Positions 27,798 through 38,318 of a stretch of DNA of 64,000 bases are shown in pieces. The position numbers and the translations under genes are program-made. The first letter of the stretch is position 1. Each line of letters starts with the position of its first letter. The stretch covers positions 44,081 through 108,080 of the forward strand of contig CBIHOC010000016.1 in NCBI GenBank assembly GCA_966211705.1. The letters run 5' to 3'. The notes under the pieces are model-generated. The model was given only the letters and a program-made list of their open reading frames with translations, had not been told where the DNA came from and searched no databases. Source of the stretch: an uncultured Chryseobacterium sp. Its GTDB lineage: Bacteria; Bacteroidota; Bacteroidia; Palsa-965.

Positions 27798-30287
27798 ATG
27801 AAAGCACGGTTACTATTCATTTTATCGATTTTCCCGTTGGCGCTCAGCGCCCGCCAGGATGCGATCGTTGCCAACCCGTACGCAACTTATTTCGACCGGG
27901 CCTACCAGGAATACCCGGAAGTTCCCCGCGGCGTGCTGGAAGCGGTGGCGTTCACGAATACACATTTCAACCACATCACGCACAATCCCGGCGGGCACGG
28001 CAGCTGCATCGGGATGCCGGAAGCGTTCGGCGTAATGGGGCTTGTTGCGGACGGGAAAAGTTATTTCCGGAACAACCTTTCCCTGGTTTCGGAAATTTCA
28101 GGCTATTCCGTGGACGACATTATTAATGACCCGGAAAAAAACATCCTCGCTTACGCAGCAGCCTATTCGCAGATCAGCACCGAATTCCATTTCTCACCGG
28201 ACCGGAGACTGGACGATATTCATGTCATCGCCGCAACACTGGAAGCGCTGAGCGAACTGCCCCGTGAAACGGAAGGACAACAGTTTGCATTGCAAACGCA
28301 GCTCTACGGCATTTTTTCATTCATGACGAATGCAACGTATCAACAGCTTTACAATTTCCCCGATCCGCAGTTCGACCTCCAAACGTATTTCGGCGACAAC
28401 TACGCAGTTCTCTCCGCTCCGCGTGTCACCGTTACTGACGTAAATGTGCGGGATGAAAATGGAAATGTGTTCCGCGCAGGAGGGAACGATCCTGAAATTC
28501 AATCCGCCGATTACGGTCCGGCCTTGTGGGTGGCGGCCTGCAACTGGAGCTCGCGCAACAGCGTGGCCATTTCCGCGGTAACGATCCACGACGTGGAAGG
28601 AAGCTATTCGGGCTGCATCTCCTGGTTCCAGAATTGCAATTCGGGCGTGTCCGCGCATTACGTGGTGCGCTCCAGCGACGGGCAGATCACGCAGATGGTG
28701 CTCGAAGCGAACAAGGCGTGGCACGTGGGCTCTGAAAATCCGTACACGGTGGGCATCGAGCATGAAGGTTATGCGAGCCAGACGGGCTGGTACACCGTGG
28801 CGATGTACACGTCCAGCGCTGCGCTCGTGGCGGACATCTGCGCCGACAATTCGATCGATCCGCTCCGCACCGCTTGGTGGCCGTGGTCGAACACGACTTA
28901 TTATAATACGTCATCGATGCCCGGCGGATGCACGCGCGTGAAAGGCCACCAGCATTACCCGAACCAGACGCATACCGACCCGGGGCCGAACTGGGACTGG
29001 GATTATTTCTACAAGCTGGTGAATCCTGCGCCGGCAGCTACGATCTATACGGCTGCTTCGGGAAACATTTATGATTCGGGCGGAGCGGGTGGAAATTACC
29101 TGGACGATGAACGTTACGTGTGGACGATCGCACCGACGGGCGCTACGAGCGTGACGCTGACGTTCAACAGCTTCAGCACGGAAAGCAGCTGGGATTATTT
29201 GTTCATCTACGACGGGGCGGATGTGAATGCGCCGCTGATCGGGCAATTTACGGGCACAACTTCGCCGGGCGTGATCGTGTCCACGGGCGGAGAGCTGACG
29301 GTAGAATTCCGCAGCGACTGCGCGACGGATGCGCCGGGATGGGACGCAAGCTGGACCAGCAACACAACGGTCATCGTTCCCGCCAATCTTTCCGTGACGG
29401 CGCTGGGCTGCCCGAACCTGGGCGTGACGCTGAACTGGGCGAACTCCGGCGCGGGCTGGTACGTCGACATTTCCGACGATCCGAATTTCACGACGTATTA
29501 TAATAAGGACGTCTCGAACCTGACCAGCGTCGGTTGCCCGGGAAGCTTCTGCGATTACCCGGCCTGCACCTCGTATTTAAAGTTCCGCCCGAACACGACC
29601 TATTACTGGCGCATCTGGGACGGCACGGCGCACACGATGGGCTCGAGCTTCACCACGCCGGATTGCCAGTACGCGGATTACAACTGCACGGGCACATTCG
29701 ACGACACGGGCGGACCGGCGAGCGCGCATACGGGCAACGAAGACTATACCTATATGATCATGCCCGTGAACGCGTCGACTGTGACGATCAGCTTCACGAG
29801 CTTCGATCTCGAAACGGATTACGACTCGCTGTACATCTTCGACGGCCCGTCCATCGCCTCGCCGCTGATCGGCGGGTACACCGGCACGAATTCACCGGGA
29901 AACATCACGTCCACGGGCGGGGCGCTGACGCTGCGTTTCATTTCGGATCCCTTCGTGAACAACGCGGGCTTTACATCCACGTGGAGCTGCACGCAGGTAA
30001 CGACGGACGTTGCGGAAAGCGATGCGGCATTTTCACTCCACGTTTTTCCGAACCCGTTCAGTGATCAGCTCAGCGTGAGCTATGCATTGAATGCAAACGC
30101 CGGCGTTACGCTTTCGCTGACGGATGTGCTGGGAAGGGAAATTGTGTTGTCGAAAAAAAGGGAGCAGGCTGCGGGAAGTTATACGCAAGAGGTAAACGTT
30201 GCGCAGCTGGATCTTGCGAAAGGTGTTTACTTTTTGCGGTTGACGGTGAATGGGGAAAGTTCGGTGGTGAAGATTGTGCGGGAGTAA
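27798..30287 (+). CDS. T9SS-secreted N-acetylmuramoyl-L-alanine amidase with CUB domains
   Basis: Amidase_2 motifs (VTIHDVEG, SAHYVV, AWHVG, GIEHEG, HTDPG), two CUB-like domains (YLDDERYVWTI...FSTESSWDYL; FDLETDYDSL) and a CTD (VFPNPF). Start at MKARLL. Confidence 0.85.
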   Translation: MKARLLFILSIFPLALSARQDAIVANPYATYFDRAYQEYPEVPRGVLEAVAFTNTHFNHITHNPGGHGSCIGMPEAFGVMGLVADGKSYFRNNLSLVSEISGYSVDDIINDPEKNILAYAAAYSQISTEFHFSPDRRLDDIHVIAATLEALSELPRETEGQQFALQTQLYGIFSFMTNATYQQLYNFPDPQFDLQTYFGDNYAVLSAPRVTVTDVNVRDENGNVFRAGGNDPEIQSADYGPALWVAACNWSSRNSVAISAVTIHDVEGSYSGCISWFQNCNSGVSAHYVVRSSDGQITQMVLEANKAWHVGSENPYTVGIEHEGYASQTGWYTVAMYTSSAALVADICADNSIDPLRTAWWPWSNTTYYNTSSMPGGCTRVKGHQHYPNQTHTDPGPNWDWDYFYKLVNPAPAATIYTAASGNIYDSGGAGGNYLDDERYVWTIAPTGATSVTLTFNSFSTESSWDYLFIYDGADVNAPLIGQFTGTTSPGVIVSTGGELTVEFRSDCATDAPGWDASWTSNTTVIVPANLSVTALGCPNLGVTLNWANSGAGWYVDISDDPNFTTYYNKDVSNLTSVGCPGSFCDYPACTSYLKFRPNTTYYWRIWDGTAHTMGSSFTTPDCQYADYNCTGTFDDTGGPASAHTGNEDYTYMIMPVNASTVTISFTSFDLETDYDSLYIFDGPSIASPLIGGYTGTNSPGNITSTGGALTLRFISDPFVNNAGFTSTWSCTQVTTDVAESDAAFSLHVFPNPFSDQLSVSYALNANAGVTLSLTDVLGREIVLSKKREQAAGSYTQEVNVAQLDLAKGVYFLRLTVNGESSVVKIVRE

Positions 30288-30345
30288 TTTCCGGTTCCAA
30301 TTGTCAGGGAGATTTTCTGATTTTATAAAGCTATTAGAGCTCATC

Positions 30346-30445
30346 TCAAAAATCCCAAAACTGAAAATTCAAATCCCAAAGGCTTGTCGATGCACCTTTC
30401 AAACCATTGATTTTATTGAAGTTTGGGATTTGGATTTTTGCTTTG
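30346..30445. repeat. AAATCCCA/TGGGATTT palindromic element (family 8)
   Basis: CAAATCCCAAA at 30370 and TTTGGGATTTG at 30422. Related elements at 48010-48075 and 54447-54490. Confidence 0.7.
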
Positions 30446-30506
30446 GTTTTTCTTTTGAGGGGATGCTTCGTTTTTGAGATAACTTCTAAGACATTCGCCC
30501 CCGCAC

Positions 30507-31916
30507 ATGAGATTTTCCGGGTTTCTCCTTTTGTTCTTGTTTCCTTTCGTTATGAGCGGGCAGCGCCTTGTTCCGTTCCGTGAAGGCGAACTTTGGGGAT
30601 TCCAGGAGCGCGCCACCGGGAAAATAATTGTAAAGCCCATCTATAGCGACGTCGGCAATTTCAGAGACAACGACCTTGCCGAGGTCAGGCTCGACGGGAA
30701 GCTGGGCTTTATCGACAGCACGGGCAGGCTTGTCATCCCGATGATCTATGAAGATGTGCGCGGCTGGGGCAGTTATTACATCGTAAAGCGAAGCGGGAAA
30801 TGGGGATTCGTCGACCGTAACGCGAAAGAAATTATTCCCTGTCAATACGACGATATTGATTTTGATGTGAGAGGGTATGTCGTTGCAAAGGGAAACGGGA
30901 AATATGGAATGATCGACATGAAAGGCGACACCGTTCTTCCGTTCATTTATGAATACCTTACCAATGGTTGCGGGCAGCCGATGCTTTTCACCGTGGGGAA
31001 GAAGCATGGCGCAATCGATATGTCAGGGAAAGAAGTGATACCGCCTGTTTACGAACAGCTTGGCTGTTTCTGGCACAACATCGCGCCAGCATGCATCGGC
31101 GGAGCATACAACGAGAGAAAGTATGAGTGGGAAGGCGGAAAATGGGGATATGTCGATCGTGCCGGGAAAGTCGTCATTCCATTCATTTACGATGATCTCG
31201 GCGAAATTTACGAGGGTACGATACAAGCGAAAAAAGACGGCAAGATCGGGTTCCTGGATACGGCCGGAAACGTGATCGCCGATTTCAAATACGATGCGGC
31301 ATTTGATTTTTCCGATGGCCTTGCGAATGTTTGCATCGGTTGCGAGGAAAACAACATGAGCTGGGGCAACGGAAAGTTCGGCTACATCGACAAAACCGGG
31401 AAGGAAGTGATCCCGGTGGAATACAATGACCTCGGCTATTATCGAAACGACTGGATCTTTGCCTGCAAGGGTTGCGAGCGGGCTTATTACAGTATCGGGC
31501 CTTACGGCGGAAAACAAGGCATGCTCGACTCATCAGGAAAAGAGGTAATCCCGCTGGAATACGATTTCGTGGCGCAGGATTTTAAAAATGGTTTGCTGAT
31601 CGTCGGGAAGAATGAGAAATACGGACTGGTCGATTCGGCGAATCATATCGTGCTGCCGCTCATTTACGACCACATCAGCGAATTTGAAAACGGGATGGCA
31701 TGGGTCTGTACCGGGTGCGAACAGGAATGTGACGATCCTTCATTCTGCTGGTACACGGGCGGGTTATACGGCTATGCAGACGACAAAGGCAAGATCGTAA
31801 TTCCGCTGATCTATTCTTCGGCAGGCAATTTTACAACGTGGGGAGAAGCAGAAGTCAGCAAAGACGGAAAAGAGTTCGTCATCGATAAAAAGGGGAACGC
31901 CGTGAAAAAGAAATGA
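30507..31916 (+). CDS. WG-repeat (KWG) exported protein
   Basis: Signal peptide and many KWGYID..G..VIP..YD units. Confidence 0.88.
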   Translation: MRFSGFLLLFLFPFVMSGQRLVPFREGELWGFQERATGKIIVKPIYSDVGNFRDNDLAEVRLDGKLGFIDSTGRLVIPMIYEDVRGWGSYYIVKRSGKWGFVDRNAKEIIPCQYDDIDFDVRGYVVAKGNGKYGMIDMKGDTVLPFIYEYLTNGCGQPMLFTVGKKHGAIDMSGKEVIPPVYEQLGCFWHNIAPACIGGAYNERKYEWEGGKWGYVDRAGKVVIPFIYDDLGEIYEGTIQAKKDGKIGFLDTAGNVIADFKYDAAFDFSDGLANVCIGCEENNMSWGNGKFGYIDKTGKEVIPVEYNDLGYYRNDWIFACKGCERAYYSIGPYGGKQGMLDSSGKEVIPLEYDFVAQDFKNGLLIVGKNEKYGLVDSANHIVLPLIYDHISEFENGMAWVCTGCEQECDDPSFCWYTGGLYGYADDKGKIVIPLIYSSAGNFTTWGEAEVSKDGKEFVIDKKGNAVKKK

Positions 31917-31923
31917 GCTCTTG

Positions 31924-33903
31924 TCAGAGCTTCACCCCGATCACCATCACATCATCGACCTGTTCCAAATTTCCTTTCCATTCCTTGAAAGTTTTCTCGA
32001 GAACTTCCGCTTGCTCTTCGGGAGGTAACGTGCTGATGCGAAGCAATACAGTGCGGAGCTGGCTGTACTTGAATTTTTTGCCGTGCGGGCCGCCGAACTG
32101 GTCGGCGAAACCGTCGGAGAAGAGGTAGACGAGCGTTCCTGCTTCGTACGGGATGCTGTGCTGCGAGAACGGCGTGGCGTCGTCCACTTCCTTGATGCCG
32201 CCGATGGAATAGATATCGCCTTTGATGACCTGCAGCTCGTTGCTGCGCACGAGGTAGAGCGGGCGGACGGCGCCGGAAAATTCGATAACGCTTTTGTCTT
32301 TGCGGATGCGGACCAGCGCGACGTCCATTCCATCCTTGATGTCGTGCGTGGCCAGGTCTTTGTTCAGCGCGAGCAATACTTTTTTGTGCAGCTCGTTGAG
32401 AATGTCCGGAGGCCTGCGTACCTGCATCTCGTTCACGATCTGGCCGAGGAAATTGTAGCCGATCATGCTCATCAGCGCGCCGGGAACGCCGTGGCCGGTG
32501 CAGTCGACGGCGGCGAGGTACCAGCTGTCGGCCGTTTCGTTGAACCAGAAAAAATCGCCGCTGACGATGTCCTTCGGCTTGTACAGCACGAAGGAGCCGG
32601 GAATGGCGTCCTTGATCTGCTTCAGGGAAGGAAGGATGGCCTGCTGGATGCGTTGCGCGTAAACGATGCTGGCGGTGATGTCGCTGTTCTTCGCTTCGAT
32701 GATCTTTTTCTGCTCTGCGAGGTCGGCGGCCATCCGCTTTTTCCGGCGGTAACCGGCAAACACGATCACGGCCAGGGCCGCGGTGATGCCGAGGATGAGC
32801 GTCAGCCCCCACAACGTCTTTTGCTTTTCGGAAAGGTCTTTCTCTTTCAGCTCCTTGTCCTTGTTCAGCAGCTCGATCTCCTGGATCTTACTTTCCACGT
32901 CGTATACTTCCCTCGTCCGTTCCTCGTTGGTGGCGATCTCCACCTTCAGCAGCGAATCCTTCAGGTGCGTATGCTTTTTGAAATATGAATACGCGCGGTT
33001 GGCATCGCCTTTGGCATCCAGCACGCGCGCAAGTCCGCCATACGCGTCGCGCAGCAGGTGCACATCGTTCAACTCCTGCCCGCCCGCTTCCGCGCGCGCG
33101 TAAAAGAACAGCGCCGAATCGAGGTCGCCCTGCTTCTCTTTTATTTCGGCGATCCACGCGTTCGCAGCGGCGGTCCCATACGCGTTGCTGACACGAGCTT
33201 CTTCGGCCTGCATGCGGCGGGAGATCGCAAGCGCTTCTTCGAGGCGGCCGTACGCGAGGTATTCGGAGCGAATGGAGTTCAGCGAAGCAAATACGCCTTC
33301 ATGGTAATTGATCGCTTCACGCAACGCAAGCGCGCGGTACTGGTAAACGAGCGCCAGCGAATCCTGCTTCATTGCGCTGTACGTCCAGCCGAGGAATGCA
33401 TACACACGCGCGATCCGGTCGGTGTCGCCCGACGCTTCCGCCGACGGTTTGACCCGCAGGAAACAGTCCAGGGCCGTCGAATGTTCGCCTTTGCTGAGGT
33501 AGATGAGGCCGAGGCCCGTCCACTGCGAAACGATCCTCACCGTGTCCTTCATGCGCAGGGCTATCGCAAGCGCCCTGGAACGGTTCTGCATCGCGTAATC
33601 CTGGTTGTTCGACCGGAGGCAGTAGGAGGCCATGTTGGCGTACGACGAATATTCGCCTTTGTCGTAACCGAGCTTTTGCGAAAGCTTTGCCGCGTATTTC
33701 AGTTTGTTGTAGGATTCCGGGCTGTTGAACTGCCAGAGGAATTCACGACTGATGGAATTGATGTAATTCACCTTCGCGGTATCGTCGGGCATCGCGTCGA
33801 TGGCGGTGAAGACCGAGTCGATGCGCGCGGCTTCTTCTTTCGACTGTGCGAACATTGCCGAGACCGTGAACATCCCGGACAGGAAAGCTATGCAGCATTT
33901 CAT
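31924..33903 (-). CDS. Membrane TPR-SpoIIE (PP2C) phosphatase 1
   Basis: Signal peptide, TPR repeats, one TM, then KDIVSGDF, VDCTGHGVPGA, DGMD, SDGFADQFGG and DDV. Start chosen at MKCC; 33936 is the alternative. Confidence 0.88.
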   Translation of the reverse strand: MKCCIAFLSGMFTVSAMFAQSKEEAARIDSVFTAIDAMPDDTAKVNYINSISREFLWQFNSPESYNKLKYAAKLSQKLGYDKGEYSSYANMASYCLRSNNQDYAMQNRSRALAIALRMKDTVRIVSQWTGLGLIYLSKGEHSTALDCFLRVKPSAEASGDTDRIARVYAFLGWTYSAMKQDSLALVYQYRALALREAINYHEGVFASLNSIRSEYLAYGRLEEALAISRRMQAEEARVSNAYGTAAANAWIAEIKEKQGDLDSALFFYARAEAGGQELNDVHLLRDAYGGLARVLDAKGDANRAYSYFKKHTHLKDSLLKVEIATNEERTREVYDVESKIQEIELLNKDKELKEKDLSEKQKTLWGLTLILGITAALAVIVFAGYRRKKRMAADLAEQKKIIEAKNSDITASIVYAQRIQQAILPSLKQIKDAIPGSFVLYKPKDIVSGDFFWFNETADSWYLAAVDCTGHGVPGALMSMIGYNFLGQIVNEMQVRRPPDILNELHKKVLLALNKDLATHDIKDGMDVALVRIRKDKSVIEFSGAVRPLYLVRSNELQVIKGDIYSIGGIKEVDDATPFSQHSIPYEAGTLVYLFSDGFADQFGGPHGKKFKYSQLRTVLLRISTLPPEEQAEVLEKTFKEWKGNLEQVDDVMVIGVKL

Positions 33904-33948
33904 TGCATAATTCCCGGCCGTGTTCCGCTTGCGCATCGCTTTTCGTTG

Positions 33949-35907
33949 TTAAACCCGTATCCCGATCACGAGCACGTCGTCCACCTGCTCGTTTGCGCCT
34001 TTCCAGCTGTCGAATTTTTCCGTCACCATCTGCAGCTGCTCGTCGCAGGGAAGCGCGGAAACGGAAACGAAAAGCTCTTTCATCTGGCGGTATTTGAATT
34101 TTTTCCCGTCGGGCCCGCCGAACTGGTCGGCGTAACCGTCGCTGAAAAGATAGATCATGTCCCCGGGCTGCAGCGGCTCGTGGCGGAGCGTGAACGGCAT
34201 GAGCTCGTTGTGGTAAATGCCGACGGGAAATTTATCCGCGGGGATCTCTTTCAGCTCTTTGTTCCGTACGATCCACGCAGGATTGTTGGCGCAGGCGATG
34301 TCGAGGCTGCCGGGAGAAAAGCAGCACATGGTAATGTCCATCCCGTCTTTCACTTCCGACATGTTGTCGCTTTTCTCCGCGTTCTGCTTCAGCGCGCCGA
34401 TCACTTTTGCGCGGAGCAGGTTTAAAATTTCGGCCGGCTGCGTGACGCCTTTTTCGTTGATGAGCTCGGAGAGGAACGCGGCGCTCATCACGCTCATGAA
34501 CCCGCCGGGAACCCCGTGGCCGGTGCAGTCGGCAGCGGCGAGCAGGAACCGGCCGTCTTTTTCGGTGCACCACCAGAAGTCGCCGCTCACGATGTCGCGG
34601 GGGCGGTAAAAGACGAACGCGTCGGCAAACTGGTTTTTGAGCAACGCGGCGGAAGGCAGGAGCGCTTCCTGGATGCGGCGCGCGTAGTTGATGCTGTCGG
34701 TGATGTCCTTGTTCTTTTCCTCGATGATCGCGTTCTGGCTCGCGAGCTGCACGTTCGTCCGCTTGCGCAGTTGGCTGCGGTTGTAGAGCACGAAAAGGAA
34801 AAGCAGCAGCAACAGGCAACCCACGACCAGCGCGGTGAGGTACGTATCCTGCAGCGCCGATTCTTTCGTCATCAGCGCGATCCGTGCCTGGTTCTTTTCA
34901 TTCTGGTAAACGGCCTCGAGGTCTTGCTGGTGGCGGATGGTGCTTTCGTTCTGCAGGCTGTCCTTGATCTGCATGTGCTTTTGCAGCGCATCGTAGGCCT
35001 GCGCATGCTGTCCCGATTTCTCGTACATCTCCGACAGGTTGATCCAGATCGTCTTCTCCATATCGGACATGCCGATCTTCCTCGCGATGTCCATCGCCGC
35101 AAAGTGAAGCTGCTCCGCTTTTTTGTAATTCGCCTGTTCGGTGCAGATCTGTGCGTAAGCGCTGTAAGTATTGCACAGCTCGTAATCATCCTGCAGGGAA
35201 TCGAAAACGGCGAGCGCCTGTTTGATCAGCGTATTGGCGCGTACGCTGTCGCCGATATCGCTATAGCATTGCGCCAGGCCCGAAATGCAGTGCGCTTCCC
35301 ACGACGGCCTGTTCAGCTCTTTTGCGATCGCCCTGCCTTTGATAAAGCAATGAATGGCCGAATCGTTCTGGTCCGTCGTGTAATACGAAGCCCCGAGATT
35401 GATGTAGGTCACGGCCATGCCGCGTTTCAGGTTCGTTTCGTCGTAAAGCTGCAGCGCTTTCAGCAGATACGGTCGCGACTTTTTTTCGTCGCCCTGGTGG
35501 GAATACACGAGCGACATATTTATGTAGCAGGATGCAAGTCCGCCCCTGTCGTTGGTCTTTTCCGTGATCTTCAGTGCCCGCACGTGTGCTTCCATTGCCT
35601 TGCTGAACTCACCCATGTCGGTGTACGTGGCGCCGATGCTGTTGGACAGGAGAGCGATGCCCGCGTCATAGTTCAGTTGTTCGGCCAGCGCAAGGCCCTG
35701 CTGGAGATACCCGAGACCGACGGCAAGGTTGTCGTAGCTCGTATCCCAGCCGATGTCGTTCAGCACTTTCACCTTCAACGTGTCGTCGGGAATTGTCGGC
35801 AGCTTCGCCATATTCCGGCGCAGGCGGTCTTTGTCCTGCCCGTGAAGAGCGGAAAAGCACAACAGTGTAAAAAGAAGAAGGGCGATTTTCCCTGCGCGGG
35901 GTTTCAT
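33949..35907 (-). CDS. Membrane TPR-SpoIIE (PP2C) phosphatase 2
   Basis: Same architecture and motifs. ATG 35907 lies 6 nt after a TACTTTTG box. Confidence 0.88.
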   Translation of the reverse strand: MKPRAGKIALLLFTLLCFSALHGQDKDRLRRNMAKLPTIPDDTLKVKVLNDIGWDTSYDNLAVGLGYLQQGLALAEQLNYDAGIALLSNSIGATYTDMGEFSKAMEAHVRALKITEKTNDRGGLASCYINMSLVYSHQGDEKKSRPYLLKALQLYDETNLKRGMAVTYINLGASYYTTDQNDSAIHCFIKGRAIAKELNRPSWEAHCISGLAQCYSDIGDSVRANTLIKQALAVFDSLQDDYELCNTYSAYAQICTEQANYKKAEQLHFAAMDIARKIGMSDMEKTIWINLSEMYEKSGQHAQAYDALQKHMQIKDSLQNESTIRHQQDLEAVYQNEKNQARIALMTKESALQDTYLTALVVGCLLLLLFLFVLYNRSQLRKRTNVQLASQNAIIEEKNKDITDSINYARRIQEALLPSAALLKNQFADAFVFYRPRDIVSGDFWWCTEKDGRFLLAAADCTGHGVPGGFMSVMSAAFLSELINEKGVTQPAEILNLLRAKVIGALKQNAEKSDNMSEVKDGMDITMCCFSPGSLDIACANNPAWIVRNKELKEIPADKFPVGIYHNELMPFTLRHEPLQPGDMIYLFSDGYADQFGGPDGKKFKYRQMKELFVSVSALPCDEQLQMVTEKFDSWKGANEQVDDVLVIGIRV

Positions 35908-35978
35908 TCCCGGCAAAAGTAGTGCGTTCCGTCCAGCAACCGCTACTATCCCGTCAAAAAATCTATCTTTAAAAACTC

Positions 35979-38150
35979 ATGTCACGCGTACAGGAAATCC
36001 TTGCAGAAGCTGAGCAGATCGCCGATCCCCAGGAAAAAATTTCCTCGCTCATCCGTACGGCATGGGATATGCGGCGTTCGTGGCCGAAAGACGCGCTGGA
36101 GATTTCCCTGAAAGCCCGCGAGCTGTCGGAGCATGGAAATTATGCGCCGGGAGTCGCTTATTCGTACCGGAATACGGGAACCGCTTATTACCTGTTGTCG
36201 CATTACAACCAGGCGCTGGTCGATCTCGAACGCGCGCTGCAGTTGTTCGAAGAGCTGGACGACCGTCATGCCACCGGCACAACGTTGCGCAACATCGGCA
36301 ACGTGTACCATTCCATGGAGCTGTTCGAGCCGTCGATCGCCTGCTACAACAAAGCGCTGGCCATCACGCAGCGCGAAGGCGACCGGCAGGGAACGGCATA
36401 CAACATCGGCAACATCGGCCACGTGTACCAGAAGATGCGGAATTACGCGCAGGCGAAAAGTTACCTCGTGGAAGGGAAAGCGCTGCTTGAGTCGCTCGGC
36501 GACAAACTGGGACTTTCAGACCTGCTCAATAATTTCGGCGACGTGTGCATCGCGGACGGGGAGGCGGAAGACGGGCTTCGCCACCTCAACCGCGCGCTGG
36601 AAGTGGCGACAGAGATCGGGCATCTGCGGGGAATGGCGTCGGCAGGGAAGAGCCTCGGGAATTATTTTCTCATGCACGATGATTTTCCCGGGGCGATACG
36701 TTATTTCCGGGATGCGCTCGCCAAAGCCGAAGAAATGGGCGAACTTTCGCTCATCACCGATATTTTACGTTTGCTGAGCGCGGCATATGAACGTTCCGGC
36801 GATTACAAAGAAGCGCTTGCGCGCTACAAACAATTCGAAACGCGGAAAAGCGAGCTGCAGAGATACGACCAGCAGGTGCTGCTCGAAACATTGCGCCTGA
36901 AAACAGAGGTGGAAAAATCCAATCTCGAGAAAGAGCATTACAGGAAAGAGAACGCCGAACTGGAGAACGTGCGCCGCGAGGTTGAACAGAAGAACAAGGC
37001 GCTTGAAAATCTTTCCATCGTCGCCCGGGAAACGGAAAATTCCATCCTTATCCTTTCCGCCGACGGCACGCTGGAATGGGTGAATGCCAGCTTCGAGCGA
37101 CTGAACGGCTTGTCGCTTGCGGAGTTCAAAGCAAAATACGGGGAAACGATCTACGAAGTCAGCAACAACCCGGAGATCCGTTCCGTCATCGAAAATTGCG
37201 TCGCGACAAAAACCACCGTTCGCTACGAAGCGCCGAATTACCTCGAAGACGGGCGCGTGGTGTGGGAATCGTCGACGCTGACGCCGATCTTCAACGAGAA
37301 CGGCGAGCTGTTCAAGCTCATCATCATCGACACCGACGTGACGGAGCGAAAGATGGCGGAAGAGATCGTGCGGCAGAAGAACAAGGACATTCTCGATTCC
37401 ATCCATTATGCGCGTTACCTCCAGGAAGCGATCCTTCCCCCGCTCGAAGGCCTGCGCACGATCTTTTCCGACTCGTTCATTTTCTACCGCCCGAAAGACA
37501 TCGTAAGCGGCGATTTCTCCTGGTTCTCTTCCGCCAACGGCGTACGGCTCGCAGCTGTTGCCGATTGCACGGGCCACGGCGTTCCCGGCGCGATGATGTC
37601 GGTGCTCGGAAACGAAATGCTCAACGTCACCGTGCGCGATCCGTCGGTGCACAGTCCCGCGGTTACGCTCGATATTCTCCACGACAAGGTCAAAGAAGTG
37701 TTCGCCAACAAAAGCCGCGACATGCAGGACGGAATGGACATCGGCCTGCTGGTGTGGCATTACGAAGAAGGCTACGTGCAATACGCCGGCGCAAAACGCC
37801 CGCTCGTGCTCATCCGCCCGGTGAACAAAGGCAGCGAGGTGCAGGAGATCCACGGCGATCGTTTTTCCATCGGCGGACGCGCGACAGGTGACGGGAAAAA
37901 ATTTACCGAGCGCGTGGTGAACGTGCAGCCCGGCGACATGCTGTATCTATTCACAGACGGGTATGCCGATCAATTCGGCGGCGACAGCGGGAAAAAATTC
38001 ATGTACCGGAATTTCATCCGGCTGCTGACGAAAATTTCCGGGCTGCCGGTGGAGGAACAGCGCGCGGAGCTGGAAAATACGTTTGACTCGTGGAAGGGGG
38101 AACTGGAGCAGGTTGACGATGTGCTGGTGGTGGGAGTAAGGGTGCAATAA
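35979..38150 (+). CDS. Cytoplasmic TPR-PAS-SpoIIE (PP2C) phosphatase 3
   Basis: No signal peptide or TM; TPR repeats, PAS (EWVNASFERLNG...IIDTDVTERK) and PP2C motifs. Confidence 0.88.
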   Translation: MSRVQEILAEAEQIADPQEKISSLIRTAWDMRRSWPKDALEISLKARELSEHGNYAPGVAYSYRNTGTAYYLLSHYNQALVDLERALQLFEELDDRHATGTTLRNIGNVYHSMELFEPSIACYNKALAITQREGDRQGTAYNIGNIGHVYQKMRNYAQAKSYLVEGKALLESLGDKLGLSDLLNNFGDVCIADGEAEDGLRHLNRALEVATEIGHLRGMASAGKSLGNYFLMHDDFPGAIRYFRDALAKAEEMGELSLITDILRLLSAAYERSGDYKEALARYKQFETRKSELQRYDQQVLLETLRLKTEVEKSNLEKEHYRKENAELENVRREVEQKNKALENLSIVARETENSILILSADGTLEWVNASFERLNGLSLAEFKAKYGETIYEVSNNPEIRSVIENCVATKTTVRYEAPNYLEDGRVVWESSTLTPIFNENGELFKLIIIDTDVTERKMAEEIVRQKNKDILDSIHYARYLQEAILPPLEGLRTIFSDSFIFYRPKDIVSGDFSWFSSANGVRLAAVADCTGHGVPGAMMSVLGNEMLNVTVRDPSVHSPAVTLDILHDKVKEVFANKSRDMQDGMDIGLLVWHYEEGYVQYAGAKRPLVLIRPVNKGSEVQEIHGDRFSIGGRATGDGKKFTERVVNVQPGDMLYLFTDGYADQFGGDSGKKFMYRNFIRLLTKISGLPVEEQRAELENTFDSWKGELEQVDDVLVVGVRVQ

Positions 38151-38154
38151 TGTG

Positions 38155-38273
38155 CTGAAATGCTGATTTGCTGAAATGCTGATGGAGCGCCTTCGGCGCG
38201 TATCAGGTAGCAAGTATCAGGTATCAGGACTGTCTTGAGAGGGCATCAGCATTTCAGCAAATCAGCATTTCAG
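38155..38273. repeat. Family 2 palindromic element with an internal UUCG hairpin and TATCAGG units
   Basis: Perfect 30-bp arms at 38155-38184 and 38244-38273. Confidence 0.92.
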
Positions 38274-38318
38274 TAAATCCTTTTTCTATATTTACATATA
38301 CCCTTACACAAAACCCCT

